Source: Eledone cirrhosa (lineage: Eukaryota). From it: a stretch of 64,000 bases of DNA. The position numbers and the translations under genes were made by a program. Of the stretch, positions 18,001 to 36,000 are shown piece by piece (the first letter of the stretch is position 1; every line of letters starts with the position of its first letter). The stretch spans positions 62,001 through 126,000 of the forward strand of contig CAXHJY010000275.1 in assembly GCA_964016885.1 (NCBI GenBank). The letters are read 5' to 3'. Under the pieces are notes generated by a model, which made no database searches, was not told the origin of the DNA, and saw nothing but the letters and a program-made list of their open reading frames with translations.

Positions 18001-21000
18001 ATGACAGCCACCACAGTATGTATGACAGACTATCTTATATACAATGACAGCCACCACAGTATGTATGACAGACTGGCTTCTATACAATGACAGCCACCAC
18101 AGTATGTATGACAGACTATCTTATATACAATGACAGCCACCACAGTATGTATGACAGACTGGCTTCTATACAATGACAGCCACCACAGTATGTATGACAG
18201 ACTATCTTATATACAATGACAGCCACCACAGTATGTATGACAGACTATCTTATATACAATGACAGCCACCACAGTATGTATGACAGACTATCTTATATAC
18301 AATGACAGCCACCACAGTATGTATGACAGACTATCTTATATACAATGACAACCACCACAGTATGTATGACAGACTATCTTATATACAATGACAGCCACCA
18401 CAGTATGTATGACAGACTATCTTATATACAATGACAGCCACCACAGTATGTATGACAGACTATCTTATATACAATGACAGCCACCACAGTATGTATGACA
18501 GACTGGCTTCTATACAATGACAGCCACCACAGTATGTATGACAGACTATCTTATATACAATGACAGCCACCACAGTATGTATGACAGACTGGCTTCTATA
18601 CAATGACAGCCACCACAGTATGTATGACAGACTATCTTATATACAATGACAGCCACCACAGTATGTATGACAGACTATCTTATATACAATGACAGCCACC
18701 ACAATATGTATGACAGACTGGCTTATATACAATGACAGCCACCACAGTATGTATGACAGACTATCTTATATACAATGACAGCGACCACAGTATGTATGAC
18801 AGACTATCTTATATACAATGACAGCCACCACAGTATGTATGACAGACTGGCTTATATACAATGACAGCCACCACAGTATGTATGACAGACTATCTTATAT
18901 ACAATGACAGCCACCACAGTATGTATGACACTGGCTTATATACAATGACAGCCACCACAGTATGTATGACAGACTATCTTATATACAATGACAGCCACCA
19001 CAGTATGTATGACAGAGTGGCTTATATACAATGACAGCCACCACAGTATGTATGACAGACTATCTTATATACAATGACAGCCACCACAGTATGTATGACA
19101 GACTATCTTATATACAATGACAGCGACCACAGTATGTATGACAGACTATCTTATATACAATGACAGCGACCACAGTATGTATGACAGAGTGGCTTATATA
19201 CAATGACAGCCACCACAGTATGTATGACAGACTATCTTATATACAATGACAGCCACCACAGTATGTATGACAGACTATCTTATATACAATGACAGCCATC
19301 ACAGTATGTATGACAGCCACCACAGTATGTATGACAGACTATCTTATATACAATGACAGCCACCACAGTATGTATGACAGACTATCTTATATACAATGAC
19401 AGCTACCACAGTATGTATGACAGACTATCTTATATACAATGACAGCTACCACAGTATGTATGACAGACTATCTTATATACATTGACAGCCACCACAGTAT
19501 GTATGACAGACTATCTTATATACAATGACAGCTACCACAGTATGTATGACAGACTATCTTATATACAATGACAGCTACCACAGTATGTATGACAGACTAT
19601 CTTATATACAATGACAGCTACCACAGTATGTATGACAGACTATCTTATATACAATGACAGCCACCACAGTATGTATGACAGACTATCTTATATACAATGA
19701 CAACCACCACAGTATGTATGACAGACTATCTTATATACAATGACAGCCACCACAGTATGTATGACAGACTATCTTATATACAATGACAGCCACCACAGTA
19801 TGTATGACAGACTATCTTATATACAATGACAGCCACCACAGTATGTATGACAGACTGGCTTCTTTACAATGACAGCCACCACAGTATGTATGACAGACTA
19901 TCTTATATACAATGACAGCCACCACAGTATGTATGACAGACTGGCTTATATACAATGAAAGCCACCACAGTATGTATGACAGACTATCTTATATACAATG
20001 ACAGCCACCACAGTATGTATGACAGACTATCTTATATACAATGACAGCCACCACAGTATGTATGACACACTATCTTATATACAATGACAACCACCACAGT
20101 ATGTATGACAGACTATCTTATATACAATGACAGCCACCACAGTATGTATGACACACTATCTTATATACAATGACAGCCACCACAGTATGTATGACAGACT
20201 ATCTTATATACAATGACAGCTACCACAGTATGTATGACAGACTATCTTATATACAATGACAGCCACCACAGTATGTATGACAGACTAGCTTATATACAAT
20301 GACAGCCACCACAGTATGTATGACAGACTATCTTATATACAATGACAGCTACCACAGTATGTATGACAGACTATCTTATATACAATGACAGCCACCACAG
20401 TATGTATGACAGACTGGCTTATATACAATGACAGCCACCACAGTATGTATGACAGACTATCTTCTATACAATGACAGCCACCACAGTATGTATGACAGAC
20501 TGGCTTATATACAATGACAGCCACCACAGTATGTATGACAGACTGGCTTATATACAATGACAGCCACCACAGTATGTATGACAGACTGGCATATATACAA
20601 TGACAGCCACCACAGTATGTATGACACACTATCTTATATACAATGACAACCACCACAGTATGTATGACAGACTATCTTATATACAATGACAGCCACCACA
20701 GTATGTATGACACACTATCTTATATACAATGACAGCCACCACAGTATGTATGACAGACTATCTTATATACAATGACAACCACCACAGTATGTATGACAGA
20801 GTGGCTTATATACAATGACAGCCACCACAGTATGTATGACAGACTGGCTTCTATACAATGACAGCCACCACAGTATGTATGACAGACTATCTTATATACA
20901 ATGACAGCCACCACAGTATGTATGACAGACTGGCTTCTATACAATGACAGCCACCACAGTATGTATGACAGACTATCTTATATACAATGACAGCCACCAC

Positions 21001-24000
21001 AGTATGTATGACAGACTGGCTTATATACAATGACAGCCACCACAGTATGTATGACAGACTACCTTATATACAATGACAGCCACCACAGTATGTATGACAG
21101 ACTATCTTATATACAATGACAGCCACCACAGTATGTATGACAGACTATCTTATATACAATGACAGCCACCACAGTATGTATGACAGACTATCTTATATAC
21201 AATGACAGCCACCACAGTATGTATGACACACTATCTTATATACAATGACAACCACCACAGTATGTATGACAGAGTGGCTTATATACAATGACAGCCACCA
21301 CAGTATGTATGACAGACTGGCTTCTATACAATGACAGCCACCACAGTATGTATGACAGACTATCTTATATACAATGACAGCCACCACAGTATGTATGACA
21401 GACTGGCTTATATACAATGACAGCCACCACAGTATGTATGACAGACTAGCTTATATACAATGACAGCCACCACAGTATGTATGACAGACTGGCTTATATA
21501 CAATGACAGCCACCACAGTATGTATGACAGACTATCTTATATACAATGACAGCCACCACAGTATGTATGACAGACTGGCTTATATACAATGACAGCCACC
21601 ACAGTATGTATGACAGACTATCTTATATACAATGACAGCCACCACAGTATGTATGACAGACTATCTTATATACAATGACAGCTACCACAGTATGTATGAC
21701 AGACTGGCTTATATAGAATGACAGCCACCACAGTATGTATGACAGACTATCTTATATACAATGACAGCCACCACAGTATGTATGACAGACTATCTTATAT
21801 ACAATGACAGCCACCACAGTATGTATGACAGACTGGCTTATATACAATGACAGCCACCACAGTATGTATGACAGACTGGCTTATATACAATGACAGCCAC
21901 CACAGTATGTATGACAGACTGGCTTATATACAATGACAGCCACCACAGTATGTATGACAGACTATCTTATATACAATGACAGCCACCACAGTATGTATGA
22001 CAGACTGGCTTATATACAATGACAGCCACCACAGTATGTATGACAGACTATCTTATATACAATGACAGCCACCACAGTATGTATGACAGACTGGCTTATA
22101 TACAATGACAGCCACCACAGTATGTATGACAGACTATCTTATATACAATGACAGCCACCACAGTATGTATGACAGACTATCTTATATACAATGACAGCCA
22201 TCACAGTATGTATGACAGCCACCACAGTATGTATGACAGACTATCTTATATACAATGACAGCCACCACAGTATGTATGACAGACTATCTTATATACAATG
22301 ACAGCTACCACAGTATGTATGACAGACTATCTTATATACAATGACAGCCACCACAGTATGTATGACAGACTATCTTATATACAATGACAGCCACCACAGT
22401 ATGTATGACAGACTGGCTTATATACAATGACGGACTATCTTATATACAATGACAGCCACCACAGTATGTATGACAGACTATCTTATATACAATGACAGCC
22501 ACCACAGTATGTATGACAGACTATCTTATATACAATGACAGCCACCACAGTATGTATGACAGACTATCTTATATACAATGACAGCCACCACAGTATGTAT
22601 GACAGACTATCTTATATACAATGACAGCCATCACAGTATGTATGACAGCCACCACAGTATGTATGACAGACTATCTTATATACAATGACAGCCACCACAG
22701 TATGTATGACAGACTATCTTATATACAATGACAGCTACCACAGTACGTATGACACTAGCTTATATACAATAACAGCCACCACACTATGTATGACAGACTA
22801 GCTTATATACAATGACAGCCACCACAGTATGTATGACAGACTGGCTTATATACAATGACGGACTATCTTATATACAATGACAGCCACCACAGTATGTATG
22901 ACAGACTATCTTATATACAATGACAGCCACCACAGTATGTATGACAGACTATCTTATATACAATGACAGCCACCACAGTATGTATGACAGACTATCTTAT
23001 ATACAATGACAGCCACCACAGTATGTATGACAGACTATCTTATATACAATGACAGCCACCACAGTATGTATGACAGACTATCTTATATACAATGACAGCC
23101 ACCACAGTATGTATGACAGACTATCTTATATACAATGACAGCCACCACAGTATGTATGACAGACTATCTTATATACAATGACAGCCACCACAGTATGTAT
23201 GACAGACTATCTTATATACAATGACAGCCACCACAGTATGTATGACAGACTATCTTATATACAATGACAGCCACCACAGTATGTATGACAGACTATCTTA
23301 TATACAATGACAGCCACCACAGTATGTATGACAGACTATCTTATATACAATGACAGCCACCACAGTATGTATGACAGACTATCTTATATACAATGACAGC
23401 CACCACAGTATGTATGACACACTATCTTATATACAATGACAGCCACCACAGTATGTATGACAGACTATCTTATATACAATGACAGCCACCACAGTATGTA
23501 TGACAGACTATCTTCTATACAATGACAGCCACCACAGTATGTATGACAGACTATCTTATATACAATGACAGCCACCACAGTATGTATGACAGACTGGCTT
23601 ATATACAATGACAGCCACCACAGTATGTATGACAGACTATCTTATATACAATGACAGCCACCACAGTATGTATGACAGACTGGCTTATATACAATGACAG
23701 CTACCACAGTATGTATGACAGACTATCTTCTATACAATGACAGCCACCACAGTATGTATGACAGACTGGCTTATATACAATGACAGCCACCACAGTATGT
23801 ATGACAGACTGGCTTATATACAATGACAGCCACCACAGTATGTATGACAGACTGGCATATATACAATGACAGCCACCACAGTATGTATGACAGACTGGCA
23901 TATATACAATGACAGCCACCACAGTATGTATGACAGACTATCTTATATACACTGACAGCCACCACAGTATGTATGACAGACTGGCTTATATACAATGACA

Positions 24001-27000
24001 GCCACCACAGTATGTATGACAGACTATCTTATATACACTGACAGCCACCACAGTATGTATGACAGACTATCTTATATACAATGACAGCTACCACAGTATG
24101 TATGACAGACTGGCTTATATACAATGACAGCCACCACAGTATGTATGACAGACTGGCTTATATACAATGACAACCACCACAGTATGTATGACAGACTATC
24201 TTATATACAATGACAACCACCACAGTATGTATGACAGACTATCTTATATACAATGACAGCCACCACAGTATGTCTGACAGACTATCTTATATACATTGAC
24301 AACCACCACAGTATGTATGACAGACTATCTTATATACAATGACAGCCACCACAGTATGTATGACAGACTATCTTATATACAATGACAGCCACCACAGTAT
24401 GTATGACAGACTGGCTTATATACAATGACAGCCACCACAGTATGTATGACAGACTAGCTTATATACAATGACAGCCACCACAGTATGTATGACAGACTAC
24501 CTTATATACAATGACAGCCACCACAGTATGTATGACAGACTATCTTATATACAATGACAGCCACCACAGTATGTATGACAGACTATCTTATATACAATGA
24601 CAGCCACCACAGTATGTATGACAGACTATCTTATATACAATGACAGCCACCACAGTATGTATGACAGACTGGCTTATATACAATGACAGCCACCACAGTA
24701 TGTATGACAGACTGGCTTATATACAATGACAGCCACCACAGTATGTATGAAAGACTATCTTATATACAATGACAGCCACCACAGTATGTATGACAGACTA
24801 TCTTATATACAATGACAGCCACCACAGTATGTATGACAGACTATCTTCTATACAATGACAGCCACCACAGTATGTATGAAAGACTATCTTATATACAATG
24901 ACAGCCACCACAGTATGTATGACAGACTATCTTATATACAATGACAGCCACCACAGTATGTATGACAGACTATCTTCTATACAATGACAGCCACCACAGT
25001 ATGTATGACAGACTATCTTATATACAATGACAGCCACCACAGTATGTATGACAGACTGGCTTATATACAATGACAGCCACCACAGTATGTATGACAGACT
25101 AGCTTATATACAATGACAGCCACCACAGTATGTATGACAGACTGGCTTATATACAATGACAGCCACCACAGTATGTATGACAGACTATCTTATATACAAT
25201 GACAGCCACCACAGTATGTATGACAGACTGGCTTATATACAATGACAGCCACCACAGTATGTATGACAGACTATCTTATATACAATGACAGCCACCACAG
25301 TATGTATGACAGACTATCTTATATACAATGACAGCTACCACAGTATGTATGACAGACTGGCTTATATAGAATGACAGCCACCACAGTATGTATGACAGAC
25401 TATCTTATATACAATGACAGCCACCACAGTATGTATGACAGACTATCTTATATACAATGACAGCCACCACAGTATGTATGACAGACTGGCTTATATACAA
25501 TGACAGCCACCACAGTATGTATGACAGACTGGCTTATATACAATGACAGCCACCACAGTATGTATGACAGACTGGCTTATATACAATGACAGCCACCACA
25601 GTATGTATGACAGACTATCTTATATACAATGACAGCCACCACAGTATGTATGACAGACTGGCTTATATACAATGACAGCCACCACAGTATGTATGACAGA
25701 CTATCTTATATACAATGACAGCCACCACAGTATGTATGACAGACTGGCTTATATACAATGACAGCCACCACAGTATGTATGACAGACTATCTTATATACA
25801 ATGACAGCCACCACAGTATGTATGACAGACTATCTTATATACAATGACAGCCATCACAGTATGTATGACAGCCACCACAGTATGTATGACAGACTATCTT
25901 ATATACAATGACAGCCACCACAGTATGTATGACAGACTATCTTATATACAATGACAGCTACCACAGTACGTATGACAGACTATCTTATATACAATGACAG
26001 CCACCACAGTATGTATGACAGACTATCTTATATACAATGACAGCCACCACAGTATGTATGACAGACTGGCTTATATACAATGACGGACTATCTTATATAC
26101 AATGACAGCCACCACAGTATGTATGACAGACTATCTTATATACAATGACAGCCACCACAGTATGTATGACAGACTATCTTATATACAATGACAGCCACCA
26201 CAGTATGTATGACAGACTATCTTATATACAATGACAGCCACCACAGTATGTATGACAGACTATCTTATATACAATGACAGCCACCACAGTATGTATGACA
26301 GACTATCTTATATACAATGACAGCTACCACAGTACGTATGACACTAGCTTATATACAATAACAGCCACCACACTATGTATGACAGACTAGCTTATATACA
26401 ATGACAGCCACCACAGTATGTATGACAGACTGGCTTATATACAATGACGGACTATCTTATATACAATGACAGCCACCACAGTATGTATGACAGACTATCT
26501 TATATACAATGACAGCCACCACAGTATGTATGACAGACTATCTTATATACAATGACAGCCACCACAGTATGTATGACAGACTATCTTATATACAATGACA
26601 GCCACCACAGTATGTATGACAGACTATCTTATATACAATGACAGCCACCACAGTATGTATGACAGACTATCTTATATACAATGACAGCCACCACAGTATG
26701 TATGACAGACTATCTTATATACAATGACAGCCACCACAGTATGTATGACAGACTATCTTATATACAATGACAGCCACCACAGTATGTATGACAGACTATC
26801 TTATATACAATGACAGCCACCACAGTATGTATGACAGACTATCTTATATACAATGACAGCCACCACAGTATGTATGACAGACTATCTTATATACAATGAC
26901 AGCCACCACAGTATGTATGACAGACTATCTTATATACAATGACAGCCACCACAGTATGTATGACAGACTATCTTATATACAATGACAGCCACCACAGTAT

Positions 27001-30000
27001 GTATGACACACTATCTTATATACAATGACAGCCACCACAGTATGTATGACAGACTATCTTATATACAATGACAGCCACCACAGTATGTATGACAGACTAT
27101 CTTCTATACAATGACAGCCACCACAGTATGTATGACAGACTATCTTATATACAATGACAGCCACCACAGTATGTATGACAGACTGGCTTATATACAATGA
27201 CAGCCACCACAGTATGTATGACAGACTATCTTATATACAATGACAGCCACCACAGTATGTATGACAGACTGGCTTATATACAATGACAGCTACCACAGTA
27301 TGTATGACAGACTATCTTCTATACAATGACAGCCACCACAGTATGTATGACAGACTGGCTTATATACAATGACAGCCACCACAGTATGTATGACAGACTG
27401 GCTTATATACAATGACAGCCACCACAGTATGTATGACAGACTGGCATATATACAATGACAGCCACCACAGTATGTATGACAGACTGGCATATATACAATG
27501 ACAGCCACCACAGTATGTATGACAGACTATCTTATATACACTGACAGCCACCACAGTATGTATGACAGACTGGCTTATATACAATGACAGCCACCACAGT
27601 ATGTATGACAGACTATCTTATATACACTGACAGCCACCACAGTATGTATGACAGACTATCTTATATACAATGACAGCTACCACAGTATGTATGACAGACT
27701 GGCTTATATACAATGACAGCCACCACAGTATGTATGACAGACTGGCTTATATACAATGACAACCACCACAGTATGTATGACAGACTATCTTATATACAAT
27801 GACAACCACCACAGTATGTATGACAGACTATCTTATATACAATGACAGCCACCACAGTATGTCTGACAGACTATCTTATATACATTGACAACCACCACAG
27901 TATGTATGACAGACTATCTTATATACAATGACAGCCACCACAGTATGTATGACAGACTATCTTATATACAATGACAGCCACCACAGTATGTATGACAGAC
28001 TGGCTTATATACAATGACAGCCACCACAGTATGTATGACAGACTAGCTTATATACAATGACAGCCACCACAGTATGTATGACAGACTACCTTATATACAA
28101 TGACAGCCACCACAGTATGTATGACAGACTATCTTATATACAATGACAGCCACCACAGTATGTATGACAGACTATCTTATATACAATGACAGCCACCACA
28201 GTATGTATGACAGACTATCTTATATACAATGACAGCCACCACAGTATGTATGACAGACTGGCTTATATACAATGACAGCCACCACAGTATGTATGACAGA
28301 CTGGCTTATATACAATGACAGCCACCACAGTATGTATGAAAGACTATCTTATATACAATGACAGCCACCACAGTATGTATGACAGACTATCTTATATACA
28401 ATGACAGCCACCACAGTATGTATGACAGACTACCTTATATACAATGACAGCCACCACAGTATGTATGACAGACTATCTTATATACAATGACAGCCACCAC
28501 AGTATGTATGACAGACTATCTTATATACAATGACAGCTACCACAGTATGTATGACAGACTATCTTATATACAATGACAGCTACCACAGTATGTATGACAG
28601 ACTATCTTATATACAATGACAGCCACCACAGTATGTATGACAGACTATCTTATATACAATGACAGCTACCACAGTATGTATGACAGACTATCTTATATAC
28701 AATGACAGCTACCACAGTATGTATGACAGACTATCTTATATACAATGACAGCTACCACAGTATGTATGAGATACTATCTTATATACAACGACAGCCACCA
28801 CAGTATGTATGAAAGACTATCTTATATACAATGACAGCCACCACAGTATGTATGACAGACTATCTTATATACAATGACAGCCACCACAGTATGTATGACA
28901 GACTACCTTATATACAATGACAGCCACCACAGTATGTATGACAGACTATCTTATATACAATGACAGCCACCACAGTATGTATGACAGACTATCTTATATA
29001 CAATGACAGCTACCACAGTATGTATGACAGACTATCTTATATACAATGACAGCTACCACAGTATGTATGACAGACTATCTTATATACATTGACAGCCACC
29101 ACAGTATGTATGACAGACTATCTTATATACAATGACAGCTACCACAGTATGTATGACAGACTATCTTATATACAATGACAGCTACCACAGTATGTATGAC
29201 AGACTATCTTATATACAATGACAGCTACCACAGTATGTATGACAGACTATCTTATATACAATGACAGCCACCACAGTATGTATGACAGACTATCTTATAT
29301 ACAATGACAACCACCACAGTATGTATGACAGACTATCTTATATACAATGACAGCCACCACAGTATGTATGACAGACTATCTTATATACAATGACAGCCAC
29401 CACAGTATGTATGACAGACTATCTTATATACAATGACAGCCACCACAGTATGTATGACAGACTGGCTTCTATACAATGACAGCCACCACAGTATGTATGA
29501 CAGACTATCTTATATACAATGACAGCCACCACAGTATGTATGACAGACTGGCTTCTATACAATGACAGCCACCACAGTATGTATGACAGACTATCTTATA
29601 TACAATGACAGCCACCACAGTATGTATGACAGACTATCTTATATACAATGACAGCCACCACAGTATGTATGACAGACTATCTTATATACAATGACAGCCA
29701 CCACAGTATGTATGACAGACTATCTTATATACAATGACAACCACCACAGTATGTATGACAGACTATCTTATATACAATGACAGCCACCACAGTATGTATG
29801 ACAGACTATCTTATATACAATGACAGCCACCACAGTATGTATGACAGACTATCTTATATACAATGACAGCCACCACAGTATGTATGACAGACTGGCTTCT
29901 ATACAATGACAGCCACCACAGTATGTATGACAGACTATCTTATATACAATGACAGCCACCACAGTATGTATGACAGACTGGCTTCTATACAATGACAGCC

Positions 30001-33000
30001 ACCACAGTATGTATGACAGACTATCTTATATACAATGACAGCCACCACAGTATGTATGACAGACTATCTTATATACAATGACAGCCACCACAATATGTAT
30101 GACAGACTGGCTTATATACAATGACAGCCACCACAGTATGTATGACAGACTATCTTATATACAATGACAGCGACCACAGTATGTATGACAGACTATCTTA
30201 TATACAATGACAGCCACCACAGTATGTATGACAGACTGGCTTATATACAATGACAGCCACCACAGTATGTATGACAGACTATCTTATATACAATGACAGC
30301 CACCACAGTATGTATGACACTGGCTTATATACAATGACAGCCACCACAGTATGTATGACAGACTATCTTATATACAATGACAGCCACCACAGTATGTATG
30401 ACAGAGTGGCTTATATACAATGACAGCCACCACAGTATGTATGACAGACTATCTTATATACAATGACAGCCACCACAGTATGTATGACAGACTATCTTAT
30501 ATACAATGACAGCGACCACAGTATGTATGACAGACTATCTTATATACAATGACAGCGACCACAGTATGTATGACAGAGTGGCTTATATACAATGACAGCC
30601 ACCACAGTATGTATGACAGACTATCTTATATACAATGACAGCCACCACAGTATGTATGACAGACTATCTTATATACAATGACAGCCATCACAGTATGTAT
30701 GACAGCCACCACAGTATGTATGACAGACTATCTTATATACAATGACAGCCACCACAGTATGTATGACAGACTATCTTATATACAATGACAGCTACCACAG
30801 TATGTATGACAGACTATCTTATATACAATGACAGCTACCACAGTATGTATGACAGACTATCTTATATACATTGACAGCCACCACAGTATGTATGACAGAC
30901 TATCTTATATACAATGACAGCTACCACAGTATGTATGACAGACTATCTTATATACAATGACAGCTACCACAGTATGTATGACAGACTATCTTATATACAA
31001 TGACAGCTACCACAGTATGTATGACAGACTATCTTATATACAATGACAGCCACCACAGTATGTATGACAGACTATCTTATATACAATGACAACCACCACA
31101 GTATGTATGACAGACTATCTTATATACAATGACAGCCACCACAGTATGTATGACAGACTATCTTATATACAATGACAGCCACCACAGTATGTATGACAGA
31201 CTATCTTATATACAATGACAGCCACCACAGTATGTATGACAGACTGGCTTCTTTACAATGACAGCCACCACAGTATGTATGACAGACTATCTTATATACA
31301 ATGACAGCCACCACAGTATGTATGACAGACTGGCTTATATACAATGAAAGCCACCACAGTATGTATGACAGACTATCTTATATACAATGACAGCCACCAC
31401 AGTATGTATGACAGACTATCTTATATACAATGACAGCCACCACAGTATGTATGACACACTATCTTATATACAATGACAACCACCACAGTATGTATGACAG
31501 ACTATCTTATATACAATGACAGCCACCACAGTATGTATGACACACTATCTTATATACAATGACAGCCACCACAGTATGTATGACAGACTATCTTATATAC
31601 AATGACAGCTACCACAGTATGTATGACAGACTATCTTATATACAATGACAGCCACCACAGTATGTATGACAGACTAGCTTATATACAATGACAGCCACCA
31701 CAGTATGTATGACAGACTATCTTATATACAATGACAGCTACCACAGTATGTATGACAGACTATCTTATATACAATGACAGCCACCACAGTATGTATGACA
31801 GACTGGCTTATATACAATGACAGCCACCACAGTATGTATGACAGACTATCTTCTATACAATGACAGCCACCACAGTATGTATGACAGACTGGCTTATATA
31901 CAATGACAGCCACCACAGTATGTATGACAGACTGGCTTATATACAATGACAGCCACCACAGTATGTATGACAGACTGGCATATATACAATGACAGCCACC
32001 ACAGTATGTATGACACACTATCTTATATACAATGACAACCACCACAGTATGTATGACAGACTATCTTATATACAATGACAGCCACCACAGTATGTATGAC
32101 ACACTATCTTATATACAATGACAGCCACCACAGTATGTATGACAGACTATCTTATATACAATGACAACCACCACAGTATGTATGACAGAGTGGCTTATAT
32201 ACAATGACAGCCACCACAGTATGTATGACAGACTGGCTTCTATACAATGACAGCCACCACAGTATGTATGACAGACTATCTTATATACAATGACAGCCAC
32301 CACAGTATGTATGACAGACTGGCTTCTATACAATGACAGCCACCACAGTATGTATGACAGACTATCTTATATACAATGACAGCCACCACAGTATGTATGA
32401 CAGACTGGCTTATATACAATGACAGCCACCACAGTATGTATGACAGACTACCTTATATACAATGACAGCCACCACAGTATGTATGACAGACTATCTTATA
32501 TACAATGACAGCCACCACAGTATGTATGACAGACTATCTTATATACAATGACAGCCACCACAGTATGTATGACAGACTATCTTATATACAATGACAGCCA
32601 CCACAGTATGTATGACACACTATCTTATATACAATGACAACCACCACAGTATGTATGACAGAGTGGCTTATATACAATGACAGCCACCACAGTATGTATG
32701 ACAGACTGGCTTCTATACAATGACAGCCACCACAGTATGTATGACAGACTATCTTATATACAATGACAGCCACCACAGTATGTATGACAGACTGGCTTCT
32801 ATACAATGACAGCCACCACAGTATGTATGACAGACTATCTTATATACAATGACAGCCACCACAGTATGTATGACAGACTATCTTATATACAATGACAGCC
32901 ACCACAATATGTATGACAGACTGGCTTATATACAATGACAGCCACCACAGTATGTATGACAGACTATCTTATATACAATGACAGCCACCACAATATGTAT

Positions 33001-36000
33001 GACAGACTGGCTTATATACAATGACAGCCACCACAGTATGTATGACAGACTATCTTATATACAATGACAGCCACCACAATATGTATGACAGACTGGCTTA
33101 TATACAATGACAGCCACCACAGTATGTATGACAGACTATCTTATATACAATGACAGCTACCACAGTATGTATGACAGACTATCTTATATACAATGACAGC
33201 CACCACAGTATGTATGACAGACTGGCTTATATACAATGACAGCCACCACAGTATGTATGACAGACTGGCTTATATACAATGACAGCCACCACAGTATGTA
33301 TGACAGACTGGCATATATACAATGACAGCCACCACAGTATGTATGACACACTATCTTATATACAATGACAACCACCACAGTATGTATGACAGACTATCTT
33401 ATATACAATGACAGCCACCACAGTATGTATGACACACTATCTTATATACAATGACAGCCACCACAGTATGTATGACAGACTATCTTATATACAATGACAA
33501 CCACCACAGTATGTATGACAGAGTGGCTTATATACAATGACAGCCACCACAGTATGTATGACAGACTGGCTTCTATACAATGACAGCCACCACAGTATGT
33601 ATGACAGACTATCTTATATACAATGACAGCCACCACAGTATGTATGACAGACTGGCTTCTATACAATGACAGCCACCACAGTATGTATGACAGACTATCT
33701 TATATACAATGACAGCCACCACAGTATGTATGACAGACTGGCTTATATACAATGACAGCCACCACAGTATGTATGACAGACTACCTTATATACAATGACA
33801 GCCACCACAGTATGTATGACAGACTATCTTATATACAATGACAGCCACCACAGTATGTATGACAGACTATCTTATATACAATGACAGCCACCACAGTATG
33901 TATGACAGACTATCTTATATACAATGACAGCCACCACAGTATGTATGACACACTATCTTATATACAATGACAACCACCACAGTATGTATGACAGAGTGGC
34001 TTATATACAATGACAGCCACCACAGTATGTATGACAGACTGGCTTCTATACAATGACAGCCACCACAGTATGTATGACAGACTATCTTATATACAATGAC
34101 AGCCACCACAGTATGTATGACAGACTGGCTTCTATACAATGACAGCCACCACAGTATGTATGACAGACTATCTTATATACAATGACAGCCACCACAGTAT
34201 GTATGACAGACTATCTTATATACAATGACAGCCACCACAATATGTATGACAGACTGGCTTATATACAATGACAGCCACCACAGTATGTATGACAGACTAT
34301 CTTATATACAATGACAGCCACCACAATATGTATGACAGACTGGCTTATATACAATGACAGCCACCACAGTATGTATGACAGACTATCTTATATACAATGA
34401 CAGCCACCACAATATGTATGACAGACTGGCTTATATACAATGACAGCCACCACAGTATGTATGACAGACTATCTTATATACAATGACAGCTACCACAGTA
34501 TGTATGACAGACTATCTTATATACAATGACAGCCACCACAGTATGTATGACAGACTGGCTTATATACAATGACAGCCACCACAGTATGTATGACAGACTA
34601 TCTTATATACAATGACAGCCACCACAGTATGTATGACACTGGCTTATATACAATGACAGCCACCACAGTATGTATGACAGACTATCTTATATACAATGAC
34701 AGCCACCACAGTATGTATGACAGAGTGGCTTATATACAATGACAGCCACCACAGTATGTATGACAGACTATCTTATATACAATGACAGCCACCACAGTAT
34801 GTATGACAGACTATCTTATATACAATGACAGCGACCACAGTATGTATGACAGACTATCTTATATACAATGACAGCGACCACAGTATGTATGACAGACTAT
34901 CTTATATACAATGACAGCGACCACAGTATGTATGACAGACTATCTTATATACAATGACAGCGACCACAGTATGTATGACAGACTATCTTATATACAATGA
35001 CAGCCACCACAGTATGTATGACAGACTGGCTTATATACAATGAAAGCCACCACAGTATGTATGACAGACTATCTTATATACAATGACAGCCACCACAGTA
35101 TGTATGACAGACTGGCTTATATACAATGACAGCCACCACAGTATGTATGACAGACTATCTTATATACACTGACAGCCACCAAAGTATGTATGACAGACTA
35201 TCTTATATACAATGACAGCCACCACAGTATGTATGACAGACTATCTTATATACACTGACAGCCACCACAGTATGTATGACAGACTATCTTATATACAATG
35301 ACAGCCACCACAGTATGTATGACAGACTATCTTATATACACTGACAGCCACCACAGTATGTATGACAGACTATCTTATATACAATGACAGCCACCACAGT
35401 ATGTATGACAGACTATCTTATATACAATGACAGCGACCACAGTATGTATGACAGACTATCTTATATACAATGACAGCCACCACAGTATGTATGACAGACT
35501 GGCTTATATACAATGAAAGCCACCACAGTATGTATGACAGACTATCTTATATACAATGACAGCCACCACAGTATGTATGACAGACTATCTTATATACAAT
35601 GACAGCCACCACAGTATGTATGACAGACTATCTTATATACAATGACAGCCACCACAGTATGTATGACAGACTGGCTTATATACAATGACAGCTACCACAG
35701 TATGTATGACAGACTGGCTTATATACAATGACAGCTACCACAGTATGTATGACAGACTATCTTATATACAATGACAGCTACCACAGTATGTATGACAGAC
35801 TGGCTTATATACAATGACAGCTACCACAGTATGTATGACAGACTGGCTTATATACAATGACAGCCACCACAGTATGTATGACAGACTATCTTATATACAA
35901 TGACAGCCACCACAGTATGTATGACAGACTATCTCATATACAATGACAGCCACCACAGTATGTATGACAGACTATCTTATATACAATGACAGCCACCACA

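Noticed and set aside
108-34139. Cys/His-rich ORFs (VCHTYCGGCHC) and MTATTVC ORFs in the satellite
   Set aside because: They are translations of a 43-bp unit (not a multiple of 3) that open only where point variants remove stops. There is no splice or codon evidence.
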